Source: Candidatus Aminicenantes bacterium
GTDB lineage: Bacteria; Acidobacteriota; Aminicenantia; Aminicenantales; Saccharicenantaceae
Length of the DNA: 64,000 nt
Reading direction: 5' to 3'
NCBI GenBank assembly: GCA_963773685.1
Contig: CAVZBY010000011.1
Location: 661,532-725,531, forward strand
Positions 33,654 to 43,746 of the stretch are shown here, piece after piece. The position numbers and the translations under genes are program-made. Below the pieces are notes generated by a model. It was not told the DNA's origin. It saw nothing but the letters and a program-made list of their open reading frames with translations, and searched no databases. Numbering within the stretch: position 1 is the first letter of the stretch; each line of letters begins with the position of its first letter.

Positions 33654-35867
33654 ATGATGATAACGAACGCTCTTACCGAAAACGCCGCCCGGACCGGCAC
33701 GGCTTTGGCCATGTTCCTGACGCTTTCCCTGGCCGCCGCGGTCGCTTCGCCGGCGGCGCGCACCAGGCCCGGGGGGGCCCTCGAGCCCATCGCTTTGCCC
33801 TCGTCCGCCAGCCCGCCGGTCCTCGACGGAAGGCTCGACGACTCCATTTGGGAGACGGCCTCGCATTTCGACGCCTTCAAGACCTTCAAGCCGGACTACG
33901 GAAAGGAACCGTCCCAGCGGACGGAAGCCTATGTCGCCTACGACCCGGACAATTTCTATTTCGCCTTCCGCTGCTGGGACACGGAAACATCGAAGATCAA
34001 GACCTCCGTCTGCAAGCGGGACGCCATCGCCCAGGACGACATTGTCCTCCTCCTCCTGGACACGTTCAACGACAACCAGAACTGCTATACCCTGATGCTC
34101 AATCCGCTCGGCATCCAGGGCGACGGCATCATGAATGTCCAGGGCAACGTGGACGAGAGCCACGATCTGGTCTGGTACAGCACGGGACGGATCGACGAGA
34201 ACGGGTGGACGGTCGAAGCCCGCCTCCCGCTCCGGAGCATCCGCTTCCCCAACGGCAAGACGCTGGAGATGAAGGCCGTGTTCGTCCGGTTCCTCACGAG
34301 GACGTCGGAGCAATTCTGCTTCCCGCCCCTGAACCCGGCGAACAGCAACATCATGGCCCAAGCCCAGCCTATCCTGGTGTCCGGGCTCCGATACCAGCGG
34401 GTCCGGGAGCTCATCCCCGCGTTCACGTACGGCTCGCGGCGCGAGGCCCGGGACGGGTCGCTGAGGAAGATCGAGGAGAACCGGGATTTCAGCCTGACCG
34501 GCAAGTACGGCCTGACCTCCGACCTGACCCTGGACGGCGCCTATAATCCCGACTTCAGCCAGGTCGAGGCCGACGCCGGACAGGTGGACGTCAATCTTCG
34601 CTACGCCCTTTATTACCAGGAGAAACGGCCTTTCTTCCTGGAAGGCCAGGATATTTGGGCCTTCGGCGGGGCGATGGAAGACGCCCCCCTGCAGTCCATC
34701 GTCTATACGCGGACTATCGTCGACCCCGTCTACGGATTCCGGCTGACCGGGAAGTTGGGGCGCCGCGATACCGTTGCCGCCATCTACGCCAGGGACGACC
34801 TGCCCGGAGACGCAACCGATGAGCATCCCGTGTTCTCCATCGTCCGGTACAAGCACGCCCTGCGCGGAGATTCCTACCTCGGCGGCTTCTATACGGGACG
34901 GGAACAGGGCCGGGGATACAACCGGGTCGGCGGGGTGGACGGCCGGCTCCGGCTGAACCAGACCTGGGTGTTCTCCTTCCACGGCTTCGGGTCCCTGACC
35001 CGCCGGGACGGCGCGGCCTCGAGCCACAGGGACCATGCCCTGGCCCTGAGTTTCAATCACCAGAGCCGGAGGTGGATGATCGATGCGGGCTACCAGGACG
35101 TCTCCCCCGATTTCCAGGTCGACTCGGGCTTCCTGACGAGGACCGGCGTCAGGCGGCTGGGCCTCACGGCGATTCACATGATCTACCCGCGCTCGAAGTT
35201 CTTCCAGAAGATCGAGCCCTTTTATTGGGGCTATCAGCTTTACGACACGATCGACGGCAGGTGGGAGACGTTCAACATGTTCGTGCTGAGGGCCTCCCTG
35301 CCCCGGAGCACCGAGCTCCGCCTCGAGGGCATCCTGGGCAACGAGATCTTCGCCGGGCGCCGGTTCGAGAGGACCGGCTTCGGGGCCCGGGCCCGCAGCC
35401 AGATCCTCAAGCAGGTCTTCTTCGAGACGTCCTTCCGGAGGTCGGGCGGGATCTATTACGACCCGGACGCCCCTTACCAGGGCGACGAGACCCGGACGGG
35501 CCTCTACGCGCGTTACCAGCCGGCCGACAAGCTCGACTTCAGCCTGAGCCTCGACAACGTCCGGTTCGCCCGCCGCTCCGACGGCAAGAGGATCTACGAC
35601 TATACGATCCTCTGGAACCGGAACACGTTCCAGATCAACAAATACCTATTCCTTCGGGCCATCGTCGAGTACAACTTCTATCGGAAGCGCCTGACCGGCG
35701 ACGGGCTGGTCTCGTTCACATACATCCCGGGGACGGTCTTCTACGTGGGGTATGGGTCGGCCTTCGAGCGTCTGGACTGGAGGAACGGCGAATACGTCGA
35801 TGGGCGCCGCTTCCTGGAGACCAAGCGCGGCCTGTTCCTGAAGATCAGCTATCTCTGGCGGTTCTGA
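33654..35867 (+). CDS. CBM9-like/DUF5916-type outer-membrane-associated protein
   Basis: Intact 737 aa. Signal peptide, then PVLDGRLDDSIWETASHFDAFKTFKPDYGKEPSQRTEAYVAYDPDNFYFAFRCWD (CBM9-like), then a long beta-rich C-terminus ending ...ISYLWRF. The family call is from memory of this architecture. The minus ORF 33648..35177 is its shadow. Confidence 0.65.
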   Translation: MMITNALTENAARTGTALAMFLTLSLAAAVASPAARTRPGGALEPIALPSSASPPVLDGRLDDSIWETASHFDAFKTFKPDYGKEPSQRTEAYVAYDPDNFYFAFRCWDTETSKIKTSVCKRDAIAQDDIVLLLLDTFNDNQNCYTLMLNPLGIQGDGIMNVQGNVDESHDLVWYSTGRIDENGWTVEARLPLRSIRFPNGKTLEMKAVFVRFLTRTSEQFCFPPLNPANSNIMAQAQPILVSGLRYQRVRELIPAFTYGSRREARDGSLRKIEENRDFSLTGKYGLTSDLTLDGAYNPDFSQVEADAGQVDVNLRYALYYQEKRPFFLEGQDIWAFGGAMEDAPLQSIVYTRTIVDPVYGFRLTGKLGRRDTVAAIYARDDLPGDATDEHPVFSIVRYKHALRGDSYLGGFYTGREQGRGYNRVGGVDGRLRLNQTWVFSFHGFGSLTRRDGAASSHRDHALALSFNHQSRRWMIDAGYQDVSPDFQVDSGFLTRTGVRRLGLTAIHMIYPRSKFFQKIEPFYWGYQLYDTIDGRWETFNMFVLRASLPRSTELRLEGILGNEIFAGRRFERTGFGARARSQILKQVFFETSFRRSGGIYYDPDAPYQGDETRTGLYARYQPADKLDFSLSLDNVRFARRSDGKRIYDYTILWNRNTFQINKYLFLRAIVEYNFYRKRLTGDGLVSFTYIPGTVFYVGYGSAFERLDWRNGEYVDGRRFLETKRGLFLKISYLWRF

Positions 35868-37187
35868 TCACCAATCGAACCGGACGAGCCCCGTCCTCTC
35901 GGCAAGCTGTCCCCGGATGTCCTCTTTGCGGACACGGCCTTCCTTTTCGGCCTTGACGGCCTTGAAGAGCTCGAAGGTCGTCAGCAGGCCGTTGCCGTCC
36001 TTCTGGGCCTCCTCGATCTGGAGGGGAGAGAACGGGACCGTCCGCGCCGCCGCTTCCTGGGCCAGGAAGTAGTTGCCGATGAGCAGGGCCTTCATCTTGG
36101 TGTTGTCGAACTCCTGCATCCGGCGCCCCTTGTATTTTTGGAGGAGGGCGCATTCGTCGTCCGTGGCCCAGTTCCGCCCGCTCCGGACGAGGACGAGGAT
36201 GAGCGGCTCCCTCTGGAGGCTGACCTCGACGGGCTGATCGACGGTCTCGATGAGCCAGGCGTCCTCCTCCTTGCTCCGGATGACCTTCTTCCAATAGGCG
36301 TCGACGTCCACGACCTTCCCCCAACCCAGGTACTGGAGCGCCTGGATGACCGCCGTCCTGAGCTCGGGGCCTTCGGACTTGAGGAGCCTGTTGAAGGATT
36401 CCTGTTCCGACGCCCGGGCCTCCTTCAGGCTGTCCTCGATCTCCCGGAGGGCCTGCTCGTGGCGCCTGACCTCTTCCTCCCGGCGGACGAGAAGGTGCTT
36501 GAGGACGGGGAAGGTATATTCACCGCCGTCGAGCCAGCCGTACTCCGGGCTCTCCGTCGCTTTCAGGTCGAGCATGGGGGCGACGTTCTTGAGGAAGAAG
36601 CCCGCGACCTCGACGTTCTTGGATCCGAACGACGGAAGGAGAAGATAGAATCCCCTTCCCTTGCGGATGAGAGCGGAGACGGGGCGCCCGTCGCGGCCCT
36701 TGGCCAGGAATTCGTAGGTCCCGTCCGCGCTCTCGCCCTTGTCCCAAGCGGCGTCGGGGACGGGGTCCTGGAAGAGCTTATAGGCATGCGTGATCGACGG
36801 CCGGAACTTGTCGAAGATGAGGCTGAAGGGGACATTCGGCCTGAGGACGACATCCTCCGAAGGATCGGCGTCCTGGAAATGCAGTCCGGGGAACATCCCG
36901 ATGACCGCGGTCAGGTCCGCGAGGTCGCCGAGGCCGACGAAACAGACGACCCGGGCCCCGCCCTCGACGAGAGGGGCGAGCTCCGCCGCGATCCCGTTCC
37001 GGGCCCGGCTTTCCTGCCCCGGAAGGCCCATCTGGAAGAAAAGCGTCTCGAGGTCCGGGTTCACCCCCGGACGCTCGGGGCGTCCCGGCCCCCCGGCCAG
37101 GAGCTCGGCATCGAACCCCTCCGCGCGCAGGCGCTCGCGGTCCTTTTCGTCGAAATCGATCAGAACGATCTTGGACATGGCCCTCAT
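35868..37187 (-). CDS. Hypothetical protein, 439 aa, no family recognised
   Basis: Intact ORF in a region where neighbouring genes carry frame breaks, with protein-like composition. The likely start is MSKIVLIDFDE at 37178. Confidence 0.6.
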   Translation of the reverse strand: MRAMSKIVLIDFDEKDRERLRAEGFDAELLAGGPGRPERPGVNPDLETLFFQMGLPGQESRARNGIAAELAPLVEGGARVVCFVGLGDLADLTAVIGMFPGLHFQDADPSEDVVLRPNVPFSLIFDKFRPSITHAYKLFQDPVPDAAWDKGESADGTYEFLAKGRDGRPVSALIRKGRGFYLLLPSFGSKNVEVAGFFLKNVAPMLDLKATESPEYGWLDGGEYTFPVLKHLLVRREEEVRRHEQALREIEDSLKEARASEQESFNRLLKSEGPELRTAVIQALQYLGWGKVVDVDAYWKKVIRSKEEDAWLIETVDQPVEVSLQREPLILVLVRSGRNWATDDECALLQKYKGRRMQEFDNTKMKALLIGNYFLAQEAAARTVPFSPLQIEEAQKDGNGLLTTFELFKAVKAEKEGRVRKEDIRGQLAERTGLVRFDW

Positions 37188-37372
37188 CCTTGCCGAATTG
37201 AATTCATAGCAAATTCCGGCCCATTGCCTCTCTTATCTAATACCCCCCCCTCTGCCTGTAAATCACCCTTTGAGGTGAATCCCCGGGGGATATTGGCGAT
37301 GATTCCGGACGAACTCTGACATCTCGGGCCCGGATGCCCGACGCCTCTTTCAAGCCGCGTTAAAACGACCTT

Positions 37373-38276
37373 TTATTCCTGCTGCCGGGGCTTGAGCTTG
37401 CTCAGCGATTCCTTGAGCCAGGTGACATATTCGGGCCGCTGGATCAGGCTCTCGACCCGAAAGACCCTGATGCCCGCCAGCCTGCCTTCGTTGACCTTGG
37501 CGACGAAGAAATCCATCAGTCCCTTGAACTCCTGTTCGGTCAGCCACCGATGTTCACTGCCCGCGTCGAGATACAGGGATCCCAGGATCGGCTTCCCCGG
37601 GAATTTGTCCAACACCCGGGCGAGCAGCTGTTCGTGGTTCTGGAGCTCTTTCGTGTCGTAGAAGCTGAAGATGATCGCGTCGATGTCGAAATCGTACGGC
37701 TTGTCCAGATCGGCCGGCGGGTAGCAGGGGGCCCAGATCGCCAGGCGCGGATTGATGGCCTTGGCCTGGGCGATGATGCGGCGGAATTCGTCGGCGGAAT
37801 GGCCTCCCTCGGCGGGCTTCTCCGTCTCTTCGTAGAAGTCGTTGAGGTACAGGCCGATGATCTGCTTGTGGGTGAGCGACAGCTCCGCGATCCAGGCCGC
37901 GTGCCGCATGGCCTGGTCGAACGTCCATCCCCAGATGCCCCGTCTCGATCTTGGCGATGATGTACTTGACGCCCGGCGTGTTCATGTGCCGGTACATCAG
38001 GGTGTCCTCGAGCTTCATCGTCCCGTCATAAGGCTTGTCGTGAGTCCAGACCGTGTTGAACCCGACCTCCTTGACCATCGGAGCGATGTCCACCTTGGAG
38101 CTGTGCTCCCAGACGGAGATCAGGGGCTCGGCAGGGAAGTCGATCGCGTCGGTCGCGAGCACAGGGGCGACGCACACCACCGATAGGATCCCGGCCGCGA
38201 GCGCCGATCGCAGAATGCCCCTCGGCAACGCGAACCTTCCGGTCTGAAGCATCGATCGATCACGGGTTCTTGACAT
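37373..38276 (-). CDS. Secreted hypothetical protein, possibly glycoside-hydrolase-like TIM barrel (frame break near 37925)
   Basis: SD GGAGGT before the ATG at 38276. MSRTRDRSMLQTGRFALPRGILRSALAAGILSVVCVAPVLA looks like a Tat/Sec signal. The C-terminal piece is ORF 37373..37909. The functional guess is weak. Confidence 0.5.
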
Positions 38277-38323
38277 GAGACCTCCTTCCTTCAATTGGCT
38301 GGGCGACGGACAAATGCCCGTTT

Positions 38324-38659
38324 TCAGTGCGGGAGTTCGAGCCATACGACGGGCTCGGTTCCCGAATTCCAGCCGTCGTGTCCGGGAGGTATGACGCCGA
38401 CGTCTCCCGGGCCGTATTCTTCTTCTTTTCCATCATCCATCCTGACGCGCAAATGGCCCGAAAGCACATAAATGACGTGATGCTTCGGACAGCTCTTAGC
38501 CCCGACAAGCGGTTTTATGTGTTTCGACCATTGCCATCCGGGCTCGGCCGTGACCCGCTGAATAGTGAAGCCGTCGATCGTGACGATTTCGATCCTGAGC
38601 TTTTCCGGGGTCTGAGTTTCATCCGGCCGGTTCAGACTTTTTTTTGCGATGGATGCCAT
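38324..38659 (-). CDS. Cupin-domain protein
   Basis: 111 aa: ...KHHVIYVLSGHLRVRMDDGKEEEYGPGDVGVIPPGHDGWN, the two-motif cupin pattern. Confidence 0.7.
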   Translation of the reverse strand: MASIAKKSLNRPDETQTPEKLRIEIVTIDGFTIQRVTAEPGWQWSKHIKPLVGAKSCPKHHVIYVLSGHLRVRMDDGKEEEYGPGDVGVIPPGHDGWNSGTEPVVWLELPH

Positions 38660-38859
38660 ACCCTTTCCCTCCTTACTTTGCGCCGAGTCCCCTATACATA
38701 TCTTACATCAACAAGAGAGCATATCAAACGGCAACAGAAATGTTGTTATCCTGTTTGGAATCCTAGATTTAGGGAAAGTCGCTCCGAGGCATCCCGCAGA
38801 AGCGATAAGCTCCGGCACCGACCTGCTGGAAAGCAAAAATGAGAAAGTGAGGTCGCGCG

Positions 38860-40257
38860 TCAATGGCTGATGATATCCAAAACCCCGGTCCGCAAGGAGA
38901 ACCACACCAACTGCAGAAACGTATCTTCGGCCCTTCTCGTATACTCCACCTTTCCTTCCTTCCTCGAGCCCGATGAGTTCGGAGCGTTGGAATTCCGAAC
39001 CTTCAACAGGTTCGCCAGGAACGAGGCGAAGCGATTGTCGAATCCTTTTTCGGTTCCGGTCTCTTTGTCGAGAATGGCGACCACCAGATCCTTATAGATC
39101 CCGCGCACATGGCCGCGAGCATAGCCGCCGGATACATCGACCTCAAACGTCACTTCCTGCGCCCTGCCGGACTTGATCCGGGTGTGTGCCGAAGCATCCA
39201 GGAACCCGCTCAGGCAGGCCAGCTCCATCGCGTCGAGCGAACCCGAATAGTGGAGCGAGAAGTGCGGCGAGGTGATTGGGATCGACATCATCACCTTCAA
39301 CGTCCCGGCGCTCATGAGGTCGCCCTTCCCCTGAAGCCGGACGGCGGCGGTTGCGTCGCCCCTGTTCGCGATTCCCTCGACGGAGAAGCTCACGGCCCCG
39401 AACGTCAACACGGCGGGCGCTTCTCCAACGGCGAACCTCTCGCTGTACGTCAGGCGGCCGTCCGTGATGCCGAGGCTGCCGACCTGCAGAGGTCGCCGGA
39501 TGGCGGCCAGCGCCTCGTGCACCATGAGCGGGCTCTTCAAGCGCGGCTTCCGCGGTTTCTCGCGATTGACCAGCGCGTCGAAGGAGGGTCGGGAAAACTG
39601 GACCGACCGGGCCCGATACGACTCTCCCCGGAGCAACTCGCCGTACGCCAGGCCCGACGCTCTGAACTCGGGTACGACCACGTGATACCGCGTCGTTCGG
39701 AAATCCCTCCCCGCAAAGAACGCTTTATCTTCAACCAACGTCCGCAGCTCGGTCCCCTCGGCGATCAGTTCCGAGCGAGGCACCGAGGCGTTCAGCTGTG
39801 CGCAACGGATCCCATAGCGAGCCCGGAGAAATTCCACGTCGAGATTGGTCGCGTAAAGACGGGACTTGGCGAAGATATCAGCGGTCGCCGCCTTTCCCCA
39901 AAGAACTTTCGCCCAGCGAACGCCCGTTAAAGAGATCGGGCCGACCTTGAGCGTCGTATGGGATGAGCTCAGCGCAACGGATCGAGCGACCAGGCGATTG
40001 GCGCCCACCGAGTAATCCAGCTCACCGATCTTCAACACGGACCCCGGATTCGCTCGTGAGTACGCTCGCTCCACCTTCGCTTTGAAATGACGGTTGAGGA
40101 TCGCGTCCCCGAACACAAGGACGAGCACCGCGATAATGAGGGCGAGCCCGCCAAGGGAAGCCGCCGCATAAGCGGCCAGTCTCCTGAGCGAAAGCCTCCC
40201 GCCAGGCTTCACCGCTCTTGGGTGAACCCTATCCTTTCGTGAATCATGGTTGCTCAT
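38860..40257 (-). CDS. Membrane-anchored hypothetical protein (AsmA/DUF748-like guess)
   Basis: Intact 465 aa with a single N-terminal TM (LAAYAAASLGGLALIIAVLVLVF) and a repetitive beta-rich body. Confidence 0.6.
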   Translation of the reverse strand: MSNHDSRKDRVHPRAVKPGGRLSLRRLAAYAAASLGGLALIIAVLVLVFGDAILNRHFKAKVERAYSRANPGSVLKIGELDYSVGANRLVARSVALSSSHTTLKVGPISLTGVRWAKVLWGKAATADIFAKSRLYATNLDVEFLRARYGIRCAQLNASVPRSELIAEGTELRTLVEDKAFFAGRDFRTTRYHVVVPEFRASGLAYGELLRGESYRARSVQFSRPSFDALVNREKPRKPRLKSPLMVHEALAAIRRPLQVGSLGITDGRLTYSERFAVGEAPAVLTFGAVSFSVEGIANRGDATAAVRLQGKGDLMSAGTLKVMMSIPITSPHFSLHYSGSLDAMELACLSGFLDASAHTRIKSGRAQEVTFEVDVSGGYARGHVRGIYKDLVVAILDKETGTEKGFDNRFASFLANLLKVRNSNAPNSSGSRKEGKVEYTRRAEDTFLQLVWFSLRTGVLDIISH

Positions 40258-40467
40258 AAGGGAGGCGTCATTCGAGCGCTGACGGCCCTATTATATCTCC
40301 GGTGCGCGGCTGTGTCCATCGTCACAAGGAAAGGCCGGGGCAACCCCCGCCACAAGCCTCGCCGCACGGCTCCGAACCTTCCCCCCCGCCGGAGAATCCG
40401 CCTGCTGTTGACATAATCTTTTATTTCGTAGTTAGTAGAATCTGTCGTCATAAGAAGGAGGGGACAA

Positions 40468-40704
40468 ATGGATTTGAAGAAACTCGCGATTGGAATAATC
40501 ATTCTGGGGATTTTGGTTGCTGGCTACGGGATCATCGTATCCCTATCGGACGGAAGGGGCTTTAGGGGCGCGCATGATACGATGATGGCTGAAAACGAAG
40601 GATTAGGGGCTGGACATGCCAATCTCCCCTTTATCCTGGTCGGGGCAGGGATCATCGTTTTGGGCGTCGTCGTCAGCTACGCGAACAAGAGAACTAAATC
40701 CTGA
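40468..40704 (+). CDS. Small two-TM membrane protein
   Basis: SD AAGGAGG before the ATG. MDLKKLAIGIIILGILVAGYGIIV...LPFILVGAGIIVLGVVVSYA. Confidence 0.55.
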   Translation: MDLKKLAIGIIILGILVAGYGIIVSLSDGRGFRGAHDTMMAENEGLGAGHANLPFILVGAGIIVLGVVVSYANKRTKS

Positions 40705-40708
40705 TTAC

Positions 40709-40752
40709 GAGAGTAGCCCTGGGGGGACTCGAACCCCCGACCTGCGGATTAG
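40709..40752. repeat. Island left boundary: 44-bp perfect direct repeat (attL-like), a displaced 3' portion of tRNA-Arg
   Basis: gagagtagccctggggggactcgaacccccgacctgcggattag is identical to 54373-54416. Similarity extends to 40759/54423 with 2 mismatches. No D-arm or 5' acceptor follows, so this is a tRNA fragment. Confidence 0.9.
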
Positions 40753-40817
40753 AAATCTGAACAGGCTCAACGCTAATGGCTTAAGAATGAATGTGTTATG
40801 GGGATGGCGGTCGCAAT

Positions 40818-40836
40818 GATGGCCGAATTATTGCCA
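40818..40836. repeat. 19-nt direct repeat, left copy (gatggccgaattattgcca)
   Basis: Identical to 54249-54267. Both copies lie just inside the island ends. Confidence 0.8.
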
Positions 40837-41156
40837 ATCCAGGAAGCGCTACTCCTCGGCGGAAGCTCCTAAAGGGCTTTGACTGGGCTTGCCACACCGG
40901 ATCCTCCCACAGGCTTTTTCGTAGACGTGCCGCGTTTGTGCGTAGGGGTAGTTGAGTTTGACAGTGCGTACAGTTTAGAGTGACGCTTGGGGACGGAAAA
41001 GGGATATCTACGCTAGACCTGCAAGGTGGTTACCTGCCCAAATAGCATCGATTTCCATAGAGATCGGGCTGCTGAGGGGAGTAATCGACTTCTCTATGAA
41101 CCACCATACCGCCTTGCAACGCAGCTGGATTTTACGATCGGGACTGTATCACTCAA

Positions 41157-42482
41157 TTACACAACAGTCAGAAACGGGGCTTTCTCCCCTTCGTTGTCCT
41201 GCGTGGAAACTTGATAATTATCCCAGCCCTCTGACTTGTCTTTGCTCGAGGTCGTCCCAATTCTGTAGTACAGCTTGTCAGATGCCGTGGACAACTTTTC
41301 CCAGACCGGACCGGGCAATTTGTATGACGGGCCGGTGAAGCGCTCACTGTCATTGTATGATCCGTAGAAGTTCTCTTCGGTTCGTTGGGAACCATTAGCC
41401 ACGTAATCGAACAACTCCGGTCCATTACAGATCTCGAAGATATAGTATTTGTTCGCGCCCGTCACGACCGAAAAAGACGGCGGGTCATCTGCACCTGGCC
41501 ATGTGGTCGGCCCCTTAACGGATGGCCCCGTAGGCGTCGTGGAACTCGTCGCAATTTCGAATGGTCTTTGGCTCTCAAACCCGGGATCGGCGACGCCGAC
41601 GACGAAATAGTTTGGCGTTTGAGTCGGTGGCATTCTACGACAAATCTCCGTATGCAACTTGCGATAGTCTCCCGAGAAGTTCCCGTGGTCCCAAACCTCC
41701 AGTAGCTTCTCAGTGAATAAGCCATTGTTAATCCCGTCTGAGGACAACTGATTATCCTGGCAACCGGAGATCAACACGAGCGAAGCTTGAAGAGGCGTGG
41801 CGCGTCCGCGTGGAACCATCCACTGTGCAGCATCGTACAGGTCCTTATGCCTCAAGTACGCGGCCATGGACTCGGCCGGCGTCAGTGCTCGGAATCGAGG
41901 GGGCTGTTCCTTGATCGCTCTAGCTTTCCTCATAGGATCAGTCCCTCCGAAGAACAAGGTGTAGTTATCATGCAAAGAAACAAAGAATTCTTTCGGTCGC
42001 GGCGTCCCAGTCGTAGTCGGAGCAAATGTCGGAGTTCTTCCCGGCAGTAGCAATATGGACTTGAGAACCGTACCGCTGTGACAACTATCCGAGAGTGCTA
42101 ATATGCGCACACCAGCGCCAAACTGCGACCACAGTTGAGATAACTCATCGTCTATCAGCATTCGATCATACAGGCACCAAGTTTCGTCATAGCCATCATC
42201 CTCATCCCCGTTCGCGTCCGGCACCTGTCCTCCGTGCCCGGAGTAGGTGAGAAAGAGCATATCACCTGCCCCGAGTACTTTTGCAGCTTTGCCGATTTCC
42301 TGGACCACACGGCTATAAGTTGCATCATAAGTCAGTATTATGGTCGATGTGTACCCCAAAGAATCAGCCAACTCTTTCATTGATATGGCGTCGTTTTCAC
42401 ACCCGGCCAAAAGACCATCGACGCCATAGGAGGCTTTATCAATGAGGTTCAGACCTATGTGGATGGATATTCCTTTTATCAT
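41157..42482 (-). CDS. Caspase-like (peptidase C14) protease with an unknown ~250-aa C-terminal region
   Basis: SD AAGGAG before the ATG. IHIGLN...GCENDAISM...MLFLTYSGHGGQVPD...VRILALSDSCHSGTV gives the His (SGHG) and Cys (DSCHSG) dyad in canonical order and spacing. Confidence 0.8.
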   Translation of the reverse strand: MIKGISIHIGLNLIDKASYGVDGLLAGCENDAISMKELADSLGYTSTIILTYDATYSRVVQEIGKAAKVLGAGDMLFLTYSGHGGQVPDANGDEDDGYDETWCLYDRMLIDDELSQLWSQFGAGVRILALSDSCHSGTVLKSILLLPGRTPTFAPTTTGTPRPKEFFVSLHDNYTLFFGGTDPMRKARAIKEQPPRFRALTPAESMAAYLRHKDLYDAAQWMVPRGRATPLQASLVLISGCQDNQLSSDGINNGLFTEKLLEVWDHGNFSGDYRKLHTEICRRMPPTQTPNYFVVGVADPGFESQRPFEIATSSTTPTGPSVKGPTTWPGADDPPSFSVVTGANKYYIFEICNGPELFDYVANGSQRTEENFYGSYNDSERFTGPSYKLPGPVWEKLSTASDKLYYRIGTTSSKDKSEGWDNYQVSTQDNEGEKAPFLTVV

Positions 42483-42564
42483 AGTGTATCTCCTTCTTTC
42501 AGAATGTCTGTGTTCGTCACCAAGTAACTTGGTGGCAACTGCTCTTTGCCGCGTAATTGCGGGC

Positions 42565-43746
42565 TCACTGTATGGTCTCCCATTCGAGACTAACTACGTT
42601 GCCGTTCTTCTTAAGGTCCAAAGACCTCCACGATCCGAACTGTTGTAGCCCCGCGCAATCGATTCTGGTAACCTGATATACGAGGGTGCGGTTTGCCTGG
42701 TATGTTGTGAGAGGTAGCACCAGATCGACCGCCGTCACTGGTGCAAGGTCGTTCACTTCGGCACGATGTACGTCGGGCAGATCATTCAGCCGCGCCGCGA
42801 TCTGGAGCGATTTAAGTCCGCGGTTCCCTAGATTAATTAGATTGACGAAAACAACATTCGTCGCGATATCTTCGATTGCATTTCTCAGTTCAGGGAGAGT
42901 CGTGCCACCACCACTGACGAGAGCGTATACTGGGATGACAGTCGTGGTCCCGTCCGGCACACCCACGTCAATTGATCCGCCAGCCATCACGGTGGCTTCC
43001 ACAGGTGCCCTGACAGCGGTGCCCCCAGCAATCGCATATATCTCTCGTATATTGACGGCCCCGATGAGGTTGTCCGTAAGGGAACTCCCAGGGGTCACGT
43101 TCGCACTCTGGCCCGTACCTGAGGGGCCAGGGATTCTGTTGATGAGCCGGGCGGATGCTCCTTGAACCATGACTTCAATCGGACCGGCTTCCCACGGGCC
43201 AACCACTGTCTGAAGGTCGAGAATTATCGAACCTCGAAGCGTCGTCTGATCGGGCAAGCGTGTCACGATATCACACGCAATTCCCGTGAACTCGATCATC
43301 TTCTGAAGCAAGGGCACGTCTTCCAGCTTTGAAATCAAACTCACCTGAAAGCCGTCCCAGAGCTTCGTCACCTCGACTGTAATCTCAGATTGTGCCATCC
43401 CGGCAATTGCCCAATCATACGAGGCGTCACCGGGGATCTCAGTCAGAAAGTCGATCACTGGGTCCATCGCATACGATGTAAGCTTAGTCCTTAGTTCGTA
43501 CCGGACAAAGAGAGGCATGTCTGGCTGGACCGTCGCGAGAAGAACCGCCTTATTGTTGGTCGGTGTTTCAGGATCGACCGTAGAGTACAGGCAAATCGCC
43601 GCACGGTACGATCGGTCCCCATCGTTCGGACCAAAACGGGCTATGCGGTAGGTCCGAGGTACGACCAAAAAACGCCCAGGTTGTTGTAAGGACCGGTATA
43701 CCGTGTAAAGGTCGCTCTGCAGGAACGTCATCCTTAATCTCTTCAT
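42565..43746 (-). CDS. Hypothetical protein (~393 aa), operon gene 3
   Basis: The ATG (MKRLRMTFLQ...) lies in an ATGA context at 43743-43746. Its N-terminus carries the motif FLVVPRTYRIARFGPNDGD, shared with the 573-aa protein. It overlaps the tail of ORF 43568..46090. Confidence 0.65.
   Translation of the reverse strand: MKRLRMTFLQSDLYTVYRSLQQPGRFLVVPRTYRIARFGPNDGDRSYRAAICLYSTVDPETPTNNKAVLLATVQPDMPLFVRYELRTKLTSYAMDPVIDFLTEIPGDASYDWAIAGMAQSEITVEVTKLWDGFQVSLISKLEDVPLLQKMIEFTGIACDIVTRLPDQTTLRGSIILDLQTVVGPWEAGPIEVMVQGASARLINRIPGPSGTGQSANVTPGSSLTDNLIGAVNIREIYAIAGGTAVRAPVEATVMAGGSIDVGVPDGTTTVIPVYALVSGGGTTLPELRNAIEDIATNVVFVNLINLGNRGLKSLQIAARLNDLPDVHRAEVNDLAPVTAVDLVLPLTTYQANRTLVYQVTRIDCAGLQQFGSWRSLDLKKNGNVVSLEWETIQ

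Noticed and set aside
33648-35177. 509-aa minus-strand ORF
   Set aside because: It is antisense to the intact 737-aa CBM9/DUF5916-like gene, with low-complexity G/P/R/E composition.
40709-40790. Possible second complete tRNA (Arg-TCT-like) at the island's left end
   Set aside because: Only the 3' acceptor strand, T-arm and variable region are present. The sequence beyond the anticodon region cannot form an anticodon stem, D-arm or 5' acceptor strand.
41026-41338. Small + strand ORFs (62 aa and 80 aa) at the 3' end of the caspase-like gene
   Set aside because: They overlap the well-supported minus-strand gene or lie in the non-coding attP-arm region. They have no SD and an unremarkable composition.
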